From IMG/VR virus record IMGVR_UViG_3300032116_000032, positions 72,113 through 136,112 of that record: a stretch of DNA of 64,000 nt; one strand, written 5' to 3'. This document shows positions 9,227-18,561 of this stretch, piece by piece (within the stretch, counting starts at the first letter, position 1; each line of letters starts with the position of its first letter). The notes below the pieces were generated by a model. That model did not search any database, was not told where the DNA came from, and saw nothing but the letters and a program-made list of their open reading frames with translations. The stretch comes from a virus. The position numbers were made by a program, and so were the translations under genes.

Positions 9227-12178
9227 ATGGCATTATTAACGGATCAAATACAAGCTACTGGAGTTTCTCTAACAGACTTAATTCACATAGTAATAACTGG
9301 TGATACTTCTCAAAATCCTGCGGGATCATCTTTTAAAGCATCAATTTCTCAACTTGTTAGTTTAATTAGTGGTTCTACAGGAACAAACGGTACATCAGGA
9401 ACTAATGGAAGTAGTGGTACAAATGGAACTAACGGTACATCAGGAACTAATGGGTCTAGCGGTACTAATGGGTCTAGCGGTACTAATGGAACAAACGGTA
9501 CTTCAGGAACAAATGGATCTAGCGGTACTAATGGAACAAACGGTACTTCAGGAACAAATGGATCTAGCGGTACTAATGGAACAAACGGTACTTCAGGAAC
9601 AAATGGATCTAGCGGTACTAATGGAACAAACGGTACTTCAGGAACAAATGGATCTAGCGGTACAAATGGAACAAATGGATCTAGCGGTACAAATGGAACT
9701 AATGGTACAAGCGGTCTAAGTGGTATTGGGTTATTTTTACCATTATCAGGGGGCACGGTTACGGGTAATACAATATTTAATGCCGGTTTAAGTGCGATAA
9801 CAATATCGGCAACAACCTATCAAAACTTACCAAGTGATGTGATAATTATTGACTCAACACAGATTCAATCAGGATTTACAGGTGGAGTCTTGTTCCAAAG
9901 TTCAGCAAGTACGGTAAGTCAAACTACTGGATTTACTTGGGATAATGTAAATAAAAGGTTGGGAATTGGGACTAACACCCCTCTCTATGACTTAGACGTT
10001 TATGGGTCTATCTATCAAAAAACCGGAGAATTATTAATTACATCCACAAGTGGTGTTAATAAAGAAGGTCCATTTATAGCATCAGACGGCGGAACTAACA
10101 GAACCATTCAATTAGGAATTTCAGACAATTCAACTGTACCTGTCGGCATTGATATGTTTGTAACTAACAATACATTCCCGCCAAGTTACATGAACTTTAG
10201 AGTAAACGATGCTGATCTAGTTAGGATGTCTGGTAGTTCTGTTATAATTAGCGGTCTTACATATACAAGTGGTATAACCTCTACATCTAAAATAACATTT
10301 CCACAGCTGACAATTAATAGTTCATACACCATGACTGATAATGATTTTATGATTGATGTTACAGGAGGAACATTCAACGTACAATTACTATCTGCCGTAG
10401 GAAGACAAGGAAGAATAGTTGTTATTAAAAATAATGGTGGAGGTGCAGTTACGGTAGTCCCTTATGGTAGTGAAACTATAGATCTAGCACCATTTGTTAT
10501 TTTAGGTGAAACAAACTCATTACAATTAGTAAGTAATGGTAGTTTTTGGGTTGCAATGTCTTATAATATCTCAACAGTAAACTCATCAACAGGTGTTTTT
10601 GAATTTAGTGGTTTGACAAAGGCAAGTAATACCACATTTAATGTTGCCCCTGTTAAAGGTTGGATAGTTGATGATACAACTAATCCGTTGAGTCCCCAAC
10701 TTTTATTTGTTTATTTTACTGGAGGAACGTATACTGATAGTTTTGTAACAACGGCTTTTGAGACATTTGTTTATTTAACAAGTGGTGCAACAATTGGACA
10801 ACAATCAACACCACTAACTGAACAACAAAGAAGACAAAATATATTTTTAGGTAAAATAGGACACCCTGAAAAAGTTTCAATTAACTTAGTGTTTTCACAA
10901 CCTGATTTTGTTTTATCACCATTATCTCAACTTCGTGATATGTTTGTACCTATTAATTTAATTAATGGGGGTGTATATCCATCAGCCAACGGAGCAAACT
11001 TAAAATTCAACACAAGTGCCGGGTTTATATATGGATTAGGTATTAATTTTGCATCGAATACATTGAACCCAAATGCATTATCGATATCAGGAACAAGCCC
11101 TTGTACATTCCAATATAGAACACAAACAGGAGGAACGGTTACAAATGTTACAGATATTGACCCACTTAACTATGATGTTGGGGGTGTTATAACTCCAATC
11201 ACAGGTACTAAAGCCACAAACCAAAGAATTTACCTATTGCAAAATGGACAATTTAGAATTCAATATGGTCAAACCGAATATAACACTTTAGTACAGGCGA
11301 TAGAAGCATTACAAACAGAAACATTCACAATATTCCCCAATTTTGTAAATAATGCCGTTCTTATTGGTATATTAACGGTGTTAAGTACCGCAACGGATTT
11401 GACCGATACAACTAAAGCAAGATTCTTTTTTGCGTCTAAGTTTGGTGAAACTGTAGGTGCTACGGGGGGTGTGTCAACAACAAACCTACAACAAGCTTAT
11501 AATAACTCAGTACAACCTGAAATAACAACCAACTCAACTTTAGGTGCGTTCTCAATCAAAAATGGTACGGGTAATCCTGATGCCACCACAAATTTATTTG
11601 AAGGAATTAATTCTGCAAATACTTTAACATCGGTAATCACTGCAAGAGGTACTATCACAGGGTCTAGTATTACTACAAATGGTGCTGTGACGGGAGCTAC
11701 CGTAATTGGTGATGTTATATCGGGTAACACAGTGTCGGCCTCAACACTTAACCTTGCAGGATCACAAATAAATACTGCTTGGACATCTTATGTACCTGTT
11801 TTGACCGCAAGTGTAACTAATCCTGTAATTGGTAATGGAACCGTAGAAGGTTGGTATAAAATAGTTGGTAAAACATGTTTTGTGAGAGGAAATATTGTAA
11901 TGGGATCAACAACAACATTTGGTGCAGGAGAATGGTATGTGTCAGTACCATTTACCGCGGCTCATGCTGATGCAATATTATTAAATGCTGACATATTAGA
12001 TAATGGGACCGCTTGGTATAATGCATTTATAGCGGGTGCAAGAGCAGGATTTAATACCAAAGCGGCAATACAATATCAAAATACAGGAGGAACTACAGAT
12101 AGTGTTTCACCAAGTACCCCATTTACTTGGACAACTGGTGATAGATTTTTATGGAATGGAAGTTATGAAATCGCATAG
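9227..12178 (+). CDS. tail fibre protein with collagen-like (G-X-Y) domain
   Basis: 40 uninterrupted G-X-Y triplets, then FLPLSGGTVTG, RLGIGTNTP..LDVYG and a C-terminal WTSYVP...GWYKIVGKTCFV fibre-tip-like domain. Confidence 0.8.
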   Translation: MALLTDQIQATGVSLTDLIHIVITGDTSQNPAGSSFKASISQLVSLISGSTGTNGTSGTNGSSGTNGTNGTSGTNGSSGTNGSSGTNGTNGTSGTNGSSGTNGTNGTSGTNGSSGTNGTNGTSGTNGSSGTNGTNGTSGTNGSSGTNGTNGSSGTNGTNGTSGLSGIGLFLPLSGGTVTGNTIFNAGLSAITISATTYQNLPSDVIIIDSTQIQSGFTGGVLFQSSASTVSQTTGFTWDNVNKRLGIGTNTPLYDLDVYGSIYQKTGELLITSTSGVNKEGPFIASDGGTNRTIQLGISDNSTVPVGIDMFVTNNTFPPSYMNFRVNDADLVRMSGSSVIISGLTYTSGITSTSKITFPQLTINSSYTMTDNDFMIDVTGGTFNVQLLSAVGRQGRIVVIKNNGGGAVTVVPYGSETIDLAPFVILGETNSLQLVSNGSFWVAMSYNISTVNSSTGVFEFSGLTKASNTTFNVAPVKGWIVDDTTNPLSPQLLFVYFTGGTYTDSFVTTAFETFVYLTSGATIGQQSTPLTEQQRRQNIFLGKIGHPEKVSINLVFSQPDFVLSPLSQLRDMFVPINLINGGVYPSANGANLKFNTSAGFIYGLGINFASNTLNPNALSISGTSPCTFQYRTQTGGTVTNVTDIDPLNYDVGGVITPITGTKATNQRIYLLQNGQFRIQYGQTEYNTLVQAIEALQTETFTIFPNFVNNAVLIGILTVLSTATDLTDTTKARFFFASKFGETVGATGGVSTTNLQQAYNNSVQPEITTNSTLGAFSIKNGTGNPDATTNLFEGINSANTLTSVITARGTITGSSITTNGAVTGATVIGDVISGNTVSASTLNLAGSQINTAWTSYVPVLTASVTNPVIGNGTVEGWYKIVGKTCFVRGNIVMGSTTTFGAGEWYVSVPFTAAHADAILLNADILDNGTAWYNAFIAGARAGFNTKAAIQYQNTGGTTDSVSPSTPFTWTTGDRFLWNGSYEIA
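9371..9730 (+). repeat. collagen-coding tandem repeat; four exact 45-bp copies at 9481-9660
   Basis: Unit TACTAATGGAACAAACGGTACTTCAGGAACAAATGGATCTAGCGG starts at 9481, 9526, 9571 and 9616 and encodes TNGTNGTSGTNGSSG. Confidence 0.95.
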
Positions 12179-12232
12179 ACTTTAAAATTCAAAATTAATT
12201 CACTTTACCTTATTTTAATTTAATTTTCCTAT

Positions 12233-13213
12233 ATGGAAAATATGTTATTTGTTTCAGCACAACCCGATGTCCCCTACTTTATATGGCAAATAAAATTGTA
12301 TGTTCATAATTTTATTGAAAAAGGAATCAACCCAAATCAAATACATGTTGTTTTAGGGTTAGTCAATAATGTAAACACACCATCTAAAGAATCAGAACAA
12401 CTTAAAGAGTTAGGGGTTAATGTGCATTACTTTGTTGATCAAAGATCTAAAAAACATTATATACCAAGTATTAAACCATACCTCATCTCAAAGTGGATAC
12501 AGTCAAATCCTGATTATGGAAAATTATTTTTCCTTCATGATGCTGACATTATTTTTAAAGAATTACCGAGTTTTGATCGGTTGTTAAAAGATGAGGTTAG
12601 TTATTTATCTGATACAATAGGATACATTGGATATAACTATATTATGGATTGTTGTGAAAGATATGAACAACAACACCCCAATTCAGATAAAGGACAACTT
12701 ATAAGTGAAATGGCAGATGTAATTGGTGTTGACGTTGAGACAATCAAAATTAATCAAGAAAATTCTGGTGGAGGACAATACCTAATCAAAAATACAAATT
12801 GTGAGTTATGGGATAAAATCTATAGAGACTCAACTACTATGTATGACAAGATGTTGGATTATCAAAAAAGATTCCCGATAAATCCAGGTCAAATACAATT
12901 TTGGACTGCTGAGATGTGGTCATTATTATGGAATTTATGGTTGTATAATATTGAAACTAAAGTTACAGAAGATCTTGATTTTTCTTGGGCAACGGATACC
13001 ATAGAAACTTATGAAAAAAAACCAATACTTCATATGGCTGGTGTGACTGATAACCTAAGAGCTACAAAATTCTACAAAGGTGATTACATTAATATAAACC
13101 CAATTTCTAAGTTGAGAGAAAACCCTAATCATTTTGATTACATAGATAAAGATAGTTCGACAATAAAATATATCGATAATATGAAATCTTATATTCAAAA
13201 ATACAACATATGA
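12233..13213 (+). CDS. GT-A glycosyltransferase, HPAT/SERGT (GT95/GT96)-like
   Basis: N-terminal FVSAQPDVPYFIWQ, DxD motif (FFLHDADIIF), GGGQYLI, and WTAEMWSLL resembling W..EMY of plant peptide O-glycosyltransferases. Confidence 0.65.
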   Translation: MENMLFVSAQPDVPYFIWQIKLYVHNFIEKGINPNQIHVVLGLVNNVNTPSKESEQLKELGVNVHYFVDQRSKKHYIPSIKPYLISKWIQSNPDYGKLFFLHDADIIFKELPSFDRLLKDEVSYLSDTIGYIGYNYIMDCCERYEQQHPNSDKGQLISEMADVIGVDVETIKINQENSGGGQYLIKNTNCELWDKIYRDSTTMYDKMLDYQKRFPINPGQIQFWTAEMWSLLWNLWLYNIETKVTEDLDFSWATDTIETYEKKPILHMAGVTDNLRATKFYKGDYININPISKLRENPNHFDYIDKDSSTIKYIDNMKSYIQKYNI

Positions 13214-13230
13214 TTATTTATTGTTAATAG

Positions 13231-15309
13231 ATGGTAGAAAATTGTTATATATTATATTCTTGCGACGGAAGTTACGAACCGATCATTTCAAACTTTAGTG
13301 GGTTGAGCGCTTATTCGGCATCATACATCTCTGTAAATTCGATAGATTCAGTAACAATAGAGGAGACTTGTTTTTATGTGTTAAGTTTAGGTGTGATAGA
13401 CTGTACCATAACAAACGAAATAACAATTTCAACAGGGATAACATGCAATTGTCAATGTTATTGTTATTTTATAAGATCTGTGGTTCAAACAACTGATGTT
13501 ACATATGTTAATTGTAATGATGAAATTATTGTCGATACTATCCAAGAAGGATTAACTTATAATATTTGTAGTAAAGTTTATCCACAGTTTGATAATCAAG
13601 TACAAATCCCAATTAAATTAACTGACATTTGTGTTGATAACCAATGTCCACCAACAATCCCAACTGTAAAACCAACAAACGAATGTGATGTTATTACTAT
13701 ATTCCCTATGGGAGTTACTTGTATAACACAACAACCTTCATCAGAAAGAAATTTTGACGGGGCGGTTGAATTAGTTGTAACAGGAGGAACGCCACCTTAT
13801 ACTATATTTTGGGAAGTTGGAAGTTTTGCGCCAGCACTTACTAATCTTGGTGTTGGAGAATACTCAGCATCTGTTACGGATTATTATGGTGATTTCTCAG
13901 CATTTACAACTTGTGTTTTAACTGCTGAAACTATAAATTATTCAGGTATGTGTTTTGTATTAACAGGTGTAGTAGAGGATCAGTTAGTATACATTAATTC
14001 AGAAGTAAAAGGGTTTAAAAATACCAAACCATACTTTGAAATACAATATGGTGTAAATCTTTTGGGTTACGTTTTTTGGGACCCAAGTTCGTCGAATAAA
14101 TGGTTTTTTTGTCAAACATTAGATTGTCAATTATCACCATATAATACACTTATATTACCTGATGGATTATATCCTACAGGAACAACAGGTGATTGGCAAG
14201 TTGTTTCAGACACACCGTATTTAATTGTTGAATCAACAATTGGTAATTGTTCGCCACCAACAATACCTAAAGAACAGTTTCCTCTTTGTGCAACAATAGT
14301 TTTAAGATCGACAAAACCTGGTTCTGCAACAATCACATCACAGGTCCAACTTGACCCAAGTGTCGAAATAAATGGAGAACCTAGTTGGTCATCATCAACA
14401 GATCAATATGTTGTATATTGGAATAGCGGATCAACACCTGCTCAGTGGGTTATGACAGGGTTTACTAACCCATCAACATTGGTTTCAAATAATGATCCTT
14501 CATATCCGCCTGTAAGTAATTGGCAGGTTTATGGTTCACCTGAAGTTTATAGTGTTGATATTACACAAGGTGAATGTTCAGAATCATACATTGTATTAGC
14601 GTCTGCAATTGTAAATGATGCTCTATGTGGAGACAATGGTAATATTACCGTAAGTGCTTCGGGAGGAGATGCACCATATCAATATTCAATAGACGGAGGA
14701 ATATCATATCAACCATCACCAATATTTAGTAATGTTTTACCAGGAACTTACAGTGTATTTGTAAAAGACGTAAACACAACAATAGGTTCGTTTGGACCAG
14801 TGGTAGTTAATAACATACCAACCACCATTTATAATGTAACAATGAATGTAAATTACAATAATAATACTTTTACGTTAACCGCACCATCGTTACCTGTTGG
14901 AGCTACCTTAACAGTGGACGTGGTTATGTCATCAGTATTCAATTATTACCCACAAAGTTTAAGTCCAATACCTACATATAATAATTTTACAACTATTAAT
15001 GGTGTAGGTCTTATGACAAACATTAATACGACAGCTAATACATATCCTTTAGGTGGACCTTGTAGTGTTCCTGGACCATTGAATAATACTCAAATTAGTA
15101 ATACGTATTTAAACACAATAACATTAACAAGCGGTCAAGTTGTTACAGGTAGTACTACAAATAGTATTATTAATGCTCCTGTTACATCTTGCTCAAATGC
15201 TTTAGGGTATTATACACTATCCATAGCTAATGCAATGATAAACAACTGTCAATGTTGTGATGCGAATCTAATTAATACGGTTCCACCAGCACCACAATCA
15301 GTTTTATAA
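13231..15309 (+). CDS. Cys-rich virion protein with SprB-like repeats
   Basis: DGAVELVVTGGTPPYTIFW...TNLGVGEYSASVTD and GNITVSASGGDAPYQYSIDGG...VLPGTYSVFVKD; many Cys clusters. Confidence 0.6.
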   Translation: MVENCYILYSCDGSYEPIISNFSGLSAYSASYISVNSIDSVTIEETCFYVLSLGVIDCTITNEITISTGITCNCQCYCYFIRSVVQTTDVTYVNCNDEIIVDTIQEGLTYNICSKVYPQFDNQVQIPIKLTDICVDNQCPPTIPTVKPTNECDVITIFPMGVTCITQQPSSERNFDGAVELVVTGGTPPYTIFWEVGSFAPALTNLGVGEYSASVTDYYGDFSAFTTCVLTAETINYSGMCFVLTGVVEDQLVYINSEVKGFKNTKPYFEIQYGVNLLGYVFWDPSSSNKWFFCQTLDCQLSPYNTLILPDGLYPTGTTGDWQVVSDTPYLIVESTIGNCSPPTIPKEQFPLCATIVLRSTKPGSATITSQVQLDPSVEINGEPSWSSSTDQYVVYWNSGSTPAQWVMTGFTNPSTLVSNNDPSYPPVSNWQVYGSPEVYSVDITQGECSESYIVLASAIVNDALCGDNGNITVSASGGDAPYQYSIDGGISYQPSPIFSNVLPGTYSVFVKDVNTTIGSFGPVVVNNIPTTIYNVTMNVNYNNNTFTLTAPSLPVGATLTVDVVMSSVFNYYPQSLSPIPTYNNFTTINGVGLMTNINTTANTYPLGGPCSVPGPLNNTQISNTYLNTITLTSGQVVTGSTTNSIINAPVTSCSNALGYYTLSIANAMINNCQCCDANLINTVPPAPQSVL

Positions 15310-15335
15310 ATTGAATATAAGAATATTTACAATAA

Positions 15336-17840
15336 ATGGCTTACATAATTAAAAATACATCTGGTTTAGTTAACACTCGTGTAACGGATACAGGTAGACA
15401 AAAAATGTCTGAAGGTAATTTTAATATCTTGTACTTTGCAGTAGGGGATAGTGAAGTTTCATACAATGAATTACCATCAACATACAATCAGGCTAATACT
15501 GTTGTATTAGAGCCACAGTTCAATGCGCAGAATAGTTCAGGTGTTCCTGAGTCAAATAGACAGTACATCAAATATCCATATTTAGTTGATGAGGGACAAA
15601 CAAACATATATGGTATTCCTTTTATGGATTCAGGTATTGAATCTGTTTATAATAGAGCAGCCATGAGAGGATTTTTCACAGGAAATACAACAGCGTCTAC
15701 TATAGATTGGAAAGCATTAGTTAACAACACATATGTTATCACACCAAATTATGTAGTTAATATGTCTACGTTGAACGGAACAAATCAAATAAGTGTACAA
15801 AGAATGGACTGTAACGTTCAAAATAATAATACACCTAATGTTGGAGATTTTATAACAATATATTACGATGGAAGGGCAGAAACTGATTGTTCTTGTACTA
15901 ATTTCCCTACACCAACACCTACACCTTCATTGTATAGTACACCAACACCTACACCAACACCAACAGGTACAAATTCAATACCATGTGCTTCACCAACACC
16001 AACACCTTCACCAACGCATACACCATGTTTAACACCAACACCAAGTGCTCAATGTCCCGTACCACCACCACCTGATTGTTTGAAAGATGTGGTAAGTTGT
16101 TTTTCAATTTTAACTTATAGAATTGTTGAAGTTTGTGGTGATGTTTTAACGTTAGATAGAGAGACACCTGATTTTACAAATTTATCTATTGATTGTTGGG
16201 CGAGAACATTAATTTATCCACCACAGATGGTTCCTTTGTATGATAGTTTTACACCTGAACCACATTGGAGTAAAAGTGTGATTGACTTCGAATCGGTTTG
16301 TGATACTGATCAGTTTGATGTTAAAATATGGAATATGAACATTCCTTGGACTGAGAGTCCTGCTGGTTTAGCGTCGGCTCAATTTCAAGACTATACAAAA
16401 TTTGGTTCTATTAATTATATAGGACAAAAAGAATATTTTGGATACACTTCATCTGATGGTCAAACATCTACGGACGATGTGTATTACTACAATTCTTTTG
16501 GTGAAAAAATTGTAGTTACACCTGAAGAACAAAAAACTATAGCAATTATACACTATACTAACCAAACCATTGATTTCTTCTATGGTGAAAAATTTGCATT
16601 AGAACCATACGACACTCAAAACCCTGAGAACACCCAAGGTCAAGCAAGAAATTTCAAGTTACATATGCCAACAATAATGTGGCATAAAAATCCTGAATGT
16701 TGTTTTGGACAAACGTTTTGGGTTGATCCTCCTGGATTTGACAATCAAAATTTATTTCAAGTTCAATATACTAAATCTAAGATTTCACAACAAATGAATC
16801 AACCTGGACTTAGGTATTATAATCTTTGGGATACATTTGCACAACCTAATGGTCAACCAAGTAGAGTAGGTAAAGTTTACCCCGATTCAAAACTAATTGT
16901 TATTGACGACGAAGAATTGGTGGCCGCTCTATCATATAAATCAAATAGAAACTGGACATTACCGGCACCACAAGTGTCTTTAATAACACCAAACACGTGT
17001 GGAACTTCAAATACTACAGGTGTTTTGACAGGAGGAGGAGAAACACTTTGGGTGACTTATAGATTATCAAATTCAAACACATTTACAAATTCATTACATA
17101 GTAATTACTACACAAGTGTCGTTGGAACTGAAAATGTCTGTTCACCTGAAACACCAAAGAATGTTGCAATTAGATTTGGTGGAGATTTCCCATGTTTAGT
17201 ACAACCTGGATTCTCACCAACAACTACAACCACAACATTTAATCCTGTAACCACATCAACAACTACAATTAATCCACCATATACAACAACTACAACAACT
17301 CAGTGTCCTGTATGTACTGTTCCTGCTGGATTCTACGCACAACAGTTCCAAGTATTGGCTCAAAAAACATTATCGGGAGTAAGACCTGATCCGGCACAAT
17401 GGAGGTTAATTGATTTTACAAGTCAAATTGAACAATACTTCATTAATGGTTATGTAACGCAAGAATCTTTAACTGCAACTACTTTTGTTGTGACTGCAGA
17501 AAATTATGGAAGTGCACCTATATACAATCTAAACAATTACATAAGTTTAGTTCCTAATGGTGCTACAGGACAACAATTAAATTTTGGTGATGAATACTAT
17601 TTCTACGGTAATTTAGAAACCGACATTCAAGCAACATTGTATGAGATGAAATATAAAATTAACTTAAGTGATAATGAATTCTTACTCTCTCAAAACCCAA
17701 CTTGGACCCAAGGAACACCATCTTATGTTACAGAAATCGCTCTTTTAGATGAAAATAAAGATGTTTTAGTTATGTCTAAAATGCAATCACCTATCTTAAG
17801 ACAAGGAATTCAACAGTACGTTATCAAATTAGATTTCTAA
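15336..17840 (+). CDS. tail/baseplate-associated protein with (PT)n and poly-Thr linkers
   Basis: C-terminal VTEIALLDENKDVLVMSK resembles the fibre-baseplate attachment motif; PTPTPTP and TTTTT tracts. Confidence 0.55.
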   Translation: MAYIIKNTSGLVNTRVTDTGRQKMSEGNFNILYFAVGDSEVSYNELPSTYNQANTVVLEPQFNAQNSSGVPESNRQYIKYPYLVDEGQTNIYGIPFMDSGIESVYNRAAMRGFFTGNTTASTIDWKALVNNTYVITPNYVVNMSTLNGTNQISVQRMDCNVQNNNTPNVGDFITIYYDGRAETDCSCTNFPTPTPTPSLYSTPTPTPTPTGTNSIPCASPTPTPSPTHTPCLTPTPSAQCPVPPPPDCLKDVVSCFSILTYRIVEVCGDVLTLDRETPDFTNLSIDCWARTLIYPPQMVPLYDSFTPEPHWSKSVIDFESVCDTDQFDVKIWNMNIPWTESPAGLASAQFQDYTKFGSINYIGQKEYFGYTSSDGQTSTDDVYYYNSFGEKIVVTPEEQKTIAIIHYTNQTIDFFYGEKFALEPYDTQNPENTQGQARNFKLHMPTIMWHKNPECCFGQTFWVDPPGFDNQNLFQVQYTKSKISQQMNQPGLRYYNLWDTFAQPNGQPSRVGKVYPDSKLIVIDDEELVAALSYKSNRNWTLPAPQVSLITPNTCGTSNTTGVLTGGGETLWVTYRLSNSNTFTNSLHSNYYTSVVGTENVCSPETPKNVAIRFGGDFPCLVQPGFSPTTTTTTFNPVTTSTTTINPPYTTTTTTQCPVCTVPAGFYAQQFQVLAQKTLSGVRPDPAQWRLIDFTSQIEQYFINGYVTQESLTATTFVVTAENYGSAPIYNLNNYISLVPNGATGQQLNFGDEYYFYGNLETDIQATLYEMKYKINLSDNEFLLSQNPTWTQGTPSYVTEIALLDENKDVLVMSKMQSPILRQGIQQYVIKLDF

Positions 17841-17894
17841 TAAAACTACAATTTTTATCTTCATAGTTTATAATATAAATAAAATAATAGTTTT

Positions 17895-18503
17895 ATGGCA
17901 AAAAATTTAAAAAACTCCCCCAAAGTTTTGGGTCTTGATATTTCCACAAAAACCATAGGGTGGGCATTGTTTGATATTAAAACACAAGAATTACTTGAAT
18001 TAACTCACATCTCACCAAGACCAAAAATGGAAAAAGATGAGGATGATAAATTAAAAGAATTATTGTTGAAATCAGAAATATTTGCCGAAAAACTTAAACA
18101 ATATAAAGATTTAGGAATTGTTAGAATTATCATAGAAGAACCACTTTTGAATTCTAATAACATTTATACAATACAAACACTATTAAGATTTAATAGTTTT
18201 GTGTTTAAAGAAATCTATAATATAATGGGAATTGTTCCTGAATTTATTTCAACTTACAACTCAAGAAAATTTGCATTCCCAGATTTAGTTCAAGAAAACG
18301 ATAAGAAAAAATTTGTATTATTTGGTGGATTACCAAAAGACGTGGATAAGAAAATGATCATTTGGGAAAAAGTTGCAAAAAGAGAACCCCAAATTACATG
18401 GCATTATACAAAAAACAATACATTAAAGAAAGAAAATTTTGATCAAACAGACGCCTATACTTGTGTTTTAGGATTTATGAGATCAAAAGAAATTTGGAAA
18501 TAA
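17895..18503 (+). CDS. RuvC-like Holliday junction resolvase
   Basis: RNase H-fold acidic motifs VLGLDISTKTIGWALFD, IIIEEP and DQTDA. Confidence 0.8.
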   Translation: MAKNLKNSPKVLGLDISTKTIGWALFDIKTQELLELTHISPRPKMEKDEDDKLKELLLKSEIFAEKLKQYKDLGIVRIIIEEPLLNSNNIYTIQTLLRFNSFVFKEIYNIMGIVPEFISTYNSRKFAFPDLVQENDKKKFVLFGGLPKDVDKKMIIWEKVAKREPQITWHYTKNNTLKKENFDQTDAYTCVLGFMRSKEIWK

Positions 18504-18528
18504 TATCTTTTATATAACCGATAATTTG

Positions 18529-18560
18529 AAATATCGTCTTTTTAGACGATATTTTTTTTT
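18529..18560. terminator. bidirectional intrinsic terminator
   Basis: Perfect 11-bp stem AAATATCGTCT/AGACGATATTT with T-tract, between convergent genes. Confidence 0.8.
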
Positions 18561-18561
18561 A

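Noticed and set aside
9481-9660. 45-bp repeats as a possible CRISPR array
   Set aside because: Copies are head-to-tail with no spacers, lie in frame inside a CDS, and there are no cas genes.
9349-9756. ORFs 9349-9756 (-) and 9369-9719 (+) with repetitive VP/LMEQ translations
   Set aside because: Off-frame or antisense shadows of the collagen repeat, fully nested in the fibre gene.
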